Positions 56,650 to 64,000 of a stretch of DNA of 64,000 nucleotides are shown in pieces; within the stretch, counting starts at the first letter, position 1, and each line of letters starts with the position of its first letter. The stretch comes from Octopus bimaculoides. Taxonomy: Eukaryota. The DNA is taken from assembly GCF_001194135.2 (NCBI RefSeq), contig NC_068981.1, positions 21,606,850 through 21,670,849 of the forward strand. The letters are read 5' to 3'. The notes under the pieces are model-generated. The model worked only from the letters and a program-made list of their open reading frames with translations, was not told the origin of the DNA and did not search any database. A program made the position numbers and the translations under genes.

Positions 56650-59620
56650 GAGCTGAAGATATAGTGCAATGTGACACTCTAGATGTGTTGCACTTTCTCC
56701 ACTTACCAGCCTATTTCTGTATACTTGCAGATTCTTGTGGTGGTCACAGTAGATATGAAACAGTGTGGACTCTGTTGGTATTCAAACAAATGCTGACAGC
56801 CGTAATGTCGACAAATATCATTCATTGTAATTTTTCTCAACCGCCAAGTGGAATTGCTATTACTTGGAACAACATAGCATTCAGATTTTCTTACAATTTA
56901 CCTAGTTTTTGTTTATAATAAAATATGCTTTTGTTTTGAGTTTTTTCATTAAAAATTTATAATAAATTGCAAACATAAATCTTTCAACATTTTCTTTTTA
57001 ATTAACTTCTTTTAATAAGTGGTAAAAAAATTTTAAAAACAATGCTAACAAAGCTTGAATAAATAACTAGCACACTGTTCTAGATAATACAGTCTGATAG
57101 AATTTTAATTGGTGTAAGCTTACACAGTGGGTTTCTAAAGTGTCCATATGATCAATAAATATATTTATAGCAAATATACCTCATATAATTACAAATCTTG
57201 AAAACTGCACCAAACAACTAGCACTAAAAGCAAGAATACTGTGTTAGTCAACCAATTAAATGAACAGAATACTTAACCCTTTAGCACTTAAACCAGCCAT
57301 ATCTGACCCAAATATTCAAATTGGCCAAATCTGACCTCTCACAGCTATTCTGCATTGTCATACTAAAAGATAAACAATCAATCAGAATTTCAAAGTTAAT
57401 AGATAATGCATGATTAATTCAAATGGACATGAATAAATAAGCATTACGTTTGACAGAAATCTGAGTGCTAAGGAATTAATACTAATGAATTATAGGTCTT
57501 GTGTTTAGATTTCACAACAGAAAATCAGTTTTGGCATCAAATTTTCTTCTATATGTCTCTACTGGTAATCCAGTAACTGTACCATTTGACTATACTTAAT
57601 TCACATCCAGATGAAAAGTAATTCTTAATATGCATCAGATCATTTTAAGAGAGATACCTCATGTCTGTTCCTTGATTAGCTGATTTTAATTGAAATCATA
57701 CGAGTGAATTCAGAATCAGTTCTAGAGATTTGAAATGTCCCATGAGTGCCAATAACAGTTAAGGTCTTCAAAAATCAACATTTCTAAGCAAATGAATAGT
57801 ATGATATGTCAGTAAATGAATTAATCAAATCATTTTTAACTTTCTCGGATACGATTAATTTTAAATCCAAATACTGTTGGATTACTTTTGCAGCCATATT
57901 TTCTGTTTTTAAAGTAGCAGACTAGTTTTGTATTATGTTTTTCCCACTCTCTACTGCAGATTCAAAATATTTTGCATTTGTATTGAATCTAAAAACTCCC
58001 ATTCTTTTAACTCATCTAGAAAGCTCTCATCTAAATGAAGGCATCACATATTTCCAATGAATGCAATTTAGAAATCTACATCTGAATGAGCCGAGAAGCT
58101 CTTTTACTTTTTCAGTCAAGTGAACAGTATCATAAAGATATTGCAATCATGATTTATTCATTCTTACCATTTTTGGCATTCTACTGTGTTTTTACTCTGT
58201 TCAAACAAGATTTCTGTAGGTATTTGCAGAATGTTGTCAAATCATATAAAACTTTATCAAGAACACTTATTGCAATTCTTTGCTATGTCAGAATCTTGAG
58301 ATTCATTTGCTCTTCATTGTAATATTAATTCATTGTAATTTTTTCACTAGAGCAGCTACAGCAAGAATTCCTTGAAAGCCTTCCTACTTCATTTAGAGGT
58401 CTAAATGATAATGTATCACACTCTGCAGTGCTAGTTAATTCTGCGAGTTTTCCTTTTACAATTGATGATCTATTAAGTATTGTATATACTTTGGCAACAC
58501 ATTCGTAGTAGTTTCTTCCTTGCATCATCCAACCCCAAGTTTTCACTGTGAATAACAACACTGTTGTTATGATAGATGATTTCCTTTATCATTTTAGAAC
58601 AGCTGTGATCCCATTATTTTTTCCTTGCATAATTTGCACTCCATCCGATTTAAACATCACCATCCTTTGAAGCTCAAGATTGCCGTGAATGTAAAGATTC
58701 TTTATTGCTACCATGATGCTGACACTGTTAGCTTCAAAATACCAGCAAATGTAGTCATATGAAAAATTTCATTTTGCAAACAGCATTTAACATACAATAA
58801 TAACATTCTTTGGATGGAGCTATTAGTACTTTTGTCAACAAAAACTTGTATGGAAAGCGGATTTCTTCAACTCATCTATTTTCTATCTTTGAAAAATAAC
58901 ATTGATGCATTTGACAGATTCAAGAGCATATTCTTTGTCCTACCAACCTTCAGGAATGTTTACATATTTGGCTAGTGTGAATTAATGTGTTGAATAGAAT
59001 GTATTGAAGTGTAAATTTTAACTGGTGGAATAACATTATCTACTAAATCTTTAACCATATCAGCAGTAAACCTTTACCAGACAGGCCTCCTGGTTTCCTT
59101 TAAATTTTTGCTTATGGTGTTTCTTGTTAGCATTCCCAAAATATTACCTTTCTTTAGGTTTCCTAATTTAGTGAGGGTGTCCAAACAAATGCATTCTTAA
59201 GATGTCATTTTCAAATCCAACTCCAATTTTTCTGTAGTAAATTTTCTTCAAATTTTTGCTTTGGTGCAAATGGTACAGATAACATCACCTGCATCTTGGT
59301 TCATGCAAACATCTGCTATTGTTACTTTCTGTTTTTAGTGCAAAGATAGTAATTTGTTTTCTACAAGATGTGAAAGTCATTTTTGCTTATAATTGGAGCA
59401 AGTTTTCTGTATTTTTTTTTTATTTTGATGTTTCTTCATAGTTTCTTTTGATATTGTGACAGCATTTTTATCTTTATAGCCATGCATTAAAAAACAGAAA
59501 TCTGTCAAAAATATACTTGCACCATTGTCTATTGTTATTTTGATAGCTTCCCTAGAAATAGCTATTGAATGAAGCTGCAATGCAAGTGACAATATGATTT
59601 GTGGGGAATCCTGTTCTCAA
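56650..59620 (-). mobile_element. hAT transposase fossil (ZBED/ZNF862-like)
   Basis: Minus-strand fragments such as LQRMVMFKSDGVQIMQGKNNG (about 58615-58680) resemble the hAT xxDGAxxMxGxxxG motif; heavily decayed; carries a TTAA MITE at 57273-57479. Confidence 0.55.
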
Positions 59621-61498
59621 TTTTGAGAAGTAACAGAAATGTATATTGTGAGGAAGAAGAAGGATCTAACATTTTTGACACTTGTTCTTCTCTAGAGAGA
59701 AAGATTACATTAGTGAATCAGTTAGGATGCCAAAATGTGGAATTGAGAAAATGAAGGAAATGGGAAAGGTATGTCAAAAGGTGGATATAGAAAGAGAAAG
59801 CAATTGTTTTGGGTTAACCAAGTGTTTATGGCATAAAATCCAGTATTTGGAGTTAACATGTTGGAATTTCAATCCAGTACATGCTTTCTTTATCAAGCAG
59901 CTGTGAGTTTCTAGCACTTGTTCCTCCCTGTATGCTGTGTGTATAATGAACTTGTGGATTCCTACAAGAAACATACAAACTATGCAAGTCTTGGGAATAT
60001 TTTCAAAGTGCCCAGTCTTTGAAACTAGACTACTGTATGTTTACAACTAACTTAAATTAAATTTACTCAGAACAACCAATTCTCTGGAGGGTTGGTATCA
60101 AGCTTTCAAGAGTTTTGATAATCCTCTCAACCGAGCCTTAAAAACATTAAGAAAATCCAGCTAGAGCAAACTAACACTGAATTTTCAAATAAATATCTCT
60201 TGGGGTTAATGCAATGTGAACAAGTAAAAAATATATCAATGTTAATGATTATACTAAAAAGTTACTCTCAACCAACAGCATATTTTCCTAAATGTCATTG
60301 GCTCAGACTTTATAGTTTAGTAATTTTAATTTTAAGACTAGTTGTTTTTGACAACTTTCAGCTTTTTAATATATTATTAAGTTTTGTAAATATTGTATTA
60401 TTAAATTATTAATTTTTTTTTTTATTAAATACAAATTTCTGGCAACTTCCTTCCATGTAATAGTGGAAGAAAGTTGCCAATTTCAGTTTTAAAATAAATT
60501 ATTTTTTTAAAATTAGTTTTTCTTAATAAAATCTTGGTATTTTGAATATCAACAATTTGACTGGAGTTTTGTCTTGTGAGTATTTTGATTGTTGACATTT
60601 TGGTAAGAGCACAACTGTTAAGTTCATTTGCATTGTTAGCAGTGTGCTTCCTAGCACTTTGTTCAAGGCTATTGAAGCTAGATTGAGTGGAAGAGATAGA
60701 GATTTGTTTGAATGCTCTTTTGCACCTCTGTGTTTGGAAGTGATTCACCTTGTAGTGGCAATAACTTTGAAGGTTAAAGATCGCTGTGGAAACAAACTGT
60801 GCCCTCTCACATGTTCGAGTTGTCTTTCATTTTTAGTATTTTTGTCTCTTTGTGTATGCAGTCCATATATAAGCTGTGATGATGAGTAGTGTTCTGCTCA
60901 TGTACTTTGTAGTTTATTGTACTTTATTGTGAAAAGGCATGACTGTGTCTTTAAGAAGCTTGTTTCCCAATTATGTGGTCTTGGGGTCAGTCCTACTGCT
61001 CAGTATCTTGGGCAAGGGTCTTCTACTATAGCTCCATGTCGTCCAAAACCTTGTGAGTGGATTTCATAAGCAAAAACTGAAAGAAACCTGTCGTATATAT
61101 GTGTGTGTTCCCTTGTCTAGACATCACCTGATGGTTGTAAATGAGCATCAAGCAAGGTTGTTTGTTTCTAGTCTTCCATGAAAAACATGTCTAGCTTTGA
61201 GGGAATATTACTTTGATTGGAAACAGGTGAAGGTTGATAGCAAGAAGAGCACCATGCTGTAGAAAATCTCTCAACAAATACTGTGATCCATGCAAGCATA
61301 GAAAAAGGGAATGTTAAATGATGATTTAATAAGATGATAGTGATAAGGTTTGTAGGTTGGCATAATCTCTGATGGATCTAATGTAGTGTTTATACACCAG
61401 TTTTTTTTTTTTTCTGCTGGCAAAATATAGTTCCTGTGTTTGTTCTGATTTTCTTTTCTTTACCATATCTATGTTGTGATGGTATTGTATGTAATATC

Positions 61499-61880
61499 GT
61501 GGAGGTGCAATGGTCCAGTGGTTAGGGCAGCAGACTCACAGTCTTAGGATTGCGGTTTCAATTCCCAGACCGGGCGTTGTGAGTGTTTAATTGAGCGAAA
61601 ATATCTAAAGCTCCACGAGGCTCCGGCAGAGGAGTGGTGGGGAACCCTGCTGTACTCTTTCACCACAACTTTCTCTCACTCTTTCTTCCTGCTTCTGTTG
61701 TACCTGTATTTCAAAGAGCCAGCCTTGTCACTCTGTGTCACGCTGAATCTCCCCGAGAACTACATTAAGGGTACATGTGTCTGTGGAGTGCTCAGCCACT
61801 TGCACGTAATTTCACGAGCAGGCTATTCTGTTGATTGGATCAACTGGAACCCTCGTCGTCGTAACTGACGGAGTGTCACC
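61499..61880 (+). mobile_element. Full-length tRNA-Arg-like-headed SINE with 10-bp TSD
   Basis: Same family as 26738; TSD ATGTAATATC (61489-61498 and 61881-61890). Confidence 0.9.
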
Positions 61881-64000
61881 ATGTAATATCTAACATCTTT
61901 GTCTTTTGTGTGAGTTATGTTTATATTATTAAGGATGACTGGAGCTCATAGAATCAATTACCCAATTTCCATGACGTATAAGTGACTGAGCTCACAAATT
62001 TCTTTCTGAAAGGGATGGTTAGTCTGTTGCAAGCTTAATCATTTAGAGTCAAGTGGACTGAAGCATTGTGAAATGATGTGTTTTGCACAAGAACACTATG
62101 AAATTCCTGGTGCAGGAATCAAAACCACTACCTTGCAATCCTGAGTGCAACATGCTAACCATTAGGTTCACTGAAGGTGACAGATAAACAGGAGATTATT
62201 TTACTTGGTGCTTTGTTGGGTTTTAGGGGGAAAAAATGATTTTGTTAGCTTCCATATTCTTGGAAAATATAGAACCAAATGTAGATTTTGGTATGCAGTG
62301 ATTCTTTTCAGCTTCCGGTATTTTAGGTGTAAATTGTAATTTTGTGTGGTTCTGAGAGTTTTACATTTTTAGGTTTTCTTGTTACTTTTTTTGGTATCTT
62401 ATGGAAGGACAAGATAAAAATCATGATCAAGATGTATAGGTGTTTAATTATTGCATTGTAGTCTTGTCTTGTTTGTGTAGTTTTTGTTGGCTGATTTTGG
62501 AGAAATGTCAGCTAAGAGCTTTTGCTTGATGTTGGAGTGTATGTTATTTCAGGTCATTATGATATGGCTGTTATTGATACTGCTGCTAATTGCTCCATAG
62601 TGTTCTACTGTTTGTTTCATTGTTTATGTTGGATATAAACATTTACCAGTTTTCTCTTTTCTACAGTTTATTTTTTTTTTATTTCCTGTGTTGCTTGTCA
62701 TTGAGTTTTATTTTTGGATGTGTTTGGTTTATTTTTTGGTGTCAGGTTTGAGGTTTGGTCATTTCTGGAGTGTAATTGTGTTCTTTTATGTTGCCTTATG
62801 AGATTTTTTTTCGTAGTTGAATTTATAATGTTTTTACTGAAAATTTCTGCTGCAATTTCCATGTTGGTAATTGTGATGTTGAATTCTTAAAAGAAAAAGA
62901 AAAAACCTGTTCTTGCTAATGGTGAAACTTGTTTCAATGGTTTAAAAAAATTTTTTTTTAAAGAAGAGTGCTAAAGTGTTTTTACCTTTTGACAAGACTT
63001 ATTTTTCTCTCTGTCAGTTTGAGAATTCCTGAATCCAACCTATAGGTTCACCCTGAAACTTTTTCTCTTCTCCCTTAGGGATAGTTTAATCATTATTGAT
63101 TTCTGTATAGGTTCAGAACAAGTCTGAGAAAATATGCAATCCATTTGCTCACTTTTATATTTTTCCAGGTTGTTTATGAAGAGTGTTAATTGTATTTGTC
63201 ATGATATGTATAATTGTTTGTGAGGATAGTTTTAAGTAATTAATCAGAAGTAGTATATGGATTAATAAGTAACAATAGTTCATGTAATAGGAAGGGTATC
63301 CTGTTGCAAAAAACCATACTGAAAATATCACACACTTACAACAAAGATTGGCATTTTTTTTCTCCGATGTTGTATGTATGAAATGATGAAAGACTATGAC
63401 AAGTGGCGAGACTGTGCTGGAGTAAACCTGTCCAACCTACACAAATATAGAAAAACAAATGTAAATTGATAATATTACAGATCTATGATAATGGTCCCTT
63501 AAAAAGAATGAGGTGTTTCATTAGAGATCAGGTAATTAAGTAATTAAAAAAGAGCTCAAAAGTTATTTCTGAGTACCATTCCTATGTTTTAAATAAAACT
63601 TTTGAAGAAATTTATTGTTTAAATATTTTTTTGTTTAAAAGTAGGACGAATGTAAATAAAAAGAATATAAATTAAAAGTTTTGTTACTTTCTGTTGTCAA
63701 CTTCTGTGAAATAATTCAAGTTATTTCTTCACTGTTTCATCTCATCTGCATGGAAATTTTCCATAAACAACCAACAAATCCATCGATAATTTATATTTAT
63801 TTAGCAATGGTTCAAATATTGTACAAATTCCTAGAATTATTGCAAAACCAATTCATTTCCATTGCTTGAAATAACAGAACAATTATTTTCAGTTTTATTT
63901 TCATGATTCACAATAAAAATCTATCGCTATTCTTTTGTATTAACATCTTTTATCTTTTTTAATCTAAAACTTGTGATAATATACATTTGTGATAATATAC

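Noticed and set aside
56600-64000. A second protein-coding gene downstream of RNF31
   Set aside because: Only decayed hAT and retroelement fragments, SINEs and AT-rich sequence; no coherent exon chain found on either strand.

Overview
AT-rich, repeat-dense animal genomic DNA with five N gaps. The repeat families (tRNA-headed SINEs, RTE tails ending in (GAT)n, TTAA-flanked MITEs) look like those of coleoid cephalopods, probably Octopus; this assignment is inference. The window holds one protein-coding gene, on the + strand: RNF31/HOIP, the catalytic RBR E3 ligase of the linear-ubiquitin complex LUBAC. I reconstructed 22 GT-AG coding exons by hand from 9866 to 55531 (3807 nt including the stop, 1268 aa), and the phases agree at every junction. 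Domain order is divergent PUB, B-box, a coiled-coil-like insert, one RanBP2/NZF finger, UBA, RING1-IBR-RING2 (catalytic GGCIH intact) and LDD. The remainder is transposable-element material: CR1-like and RTE LINE fossils, many near-identical 5'-truncated RTE 3' ends in both orientations, several SINE families, hAT, mariner and PiggyBac-like fossils and MITEs, and microsatellites. The most interesting observations are: (1) a tRNA-headed, Pol III-type SINE carrying a Penelope-type minimal hammerhead ribozyme, arranged head-to-head with a sister copy that lacks exactly the ribozyme core, in HOIP intron 8; (2) a HOIP PUB domain that appears to have lost the OTULIN/SPATA2-binding pocket, together with only one NZF, which lacks the TF motif; (3) young inverted RTE tails bracketing the in-frame UBA exons; (4) a long RTE 3'UTR built from tandem hairpin modules; (5) a copy of promoter-proximal DNA inserted into a LINE fossil without a target-site duplication. 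Most short ORFs in the supplied track are repeat, microsatellite or gap artefacts.
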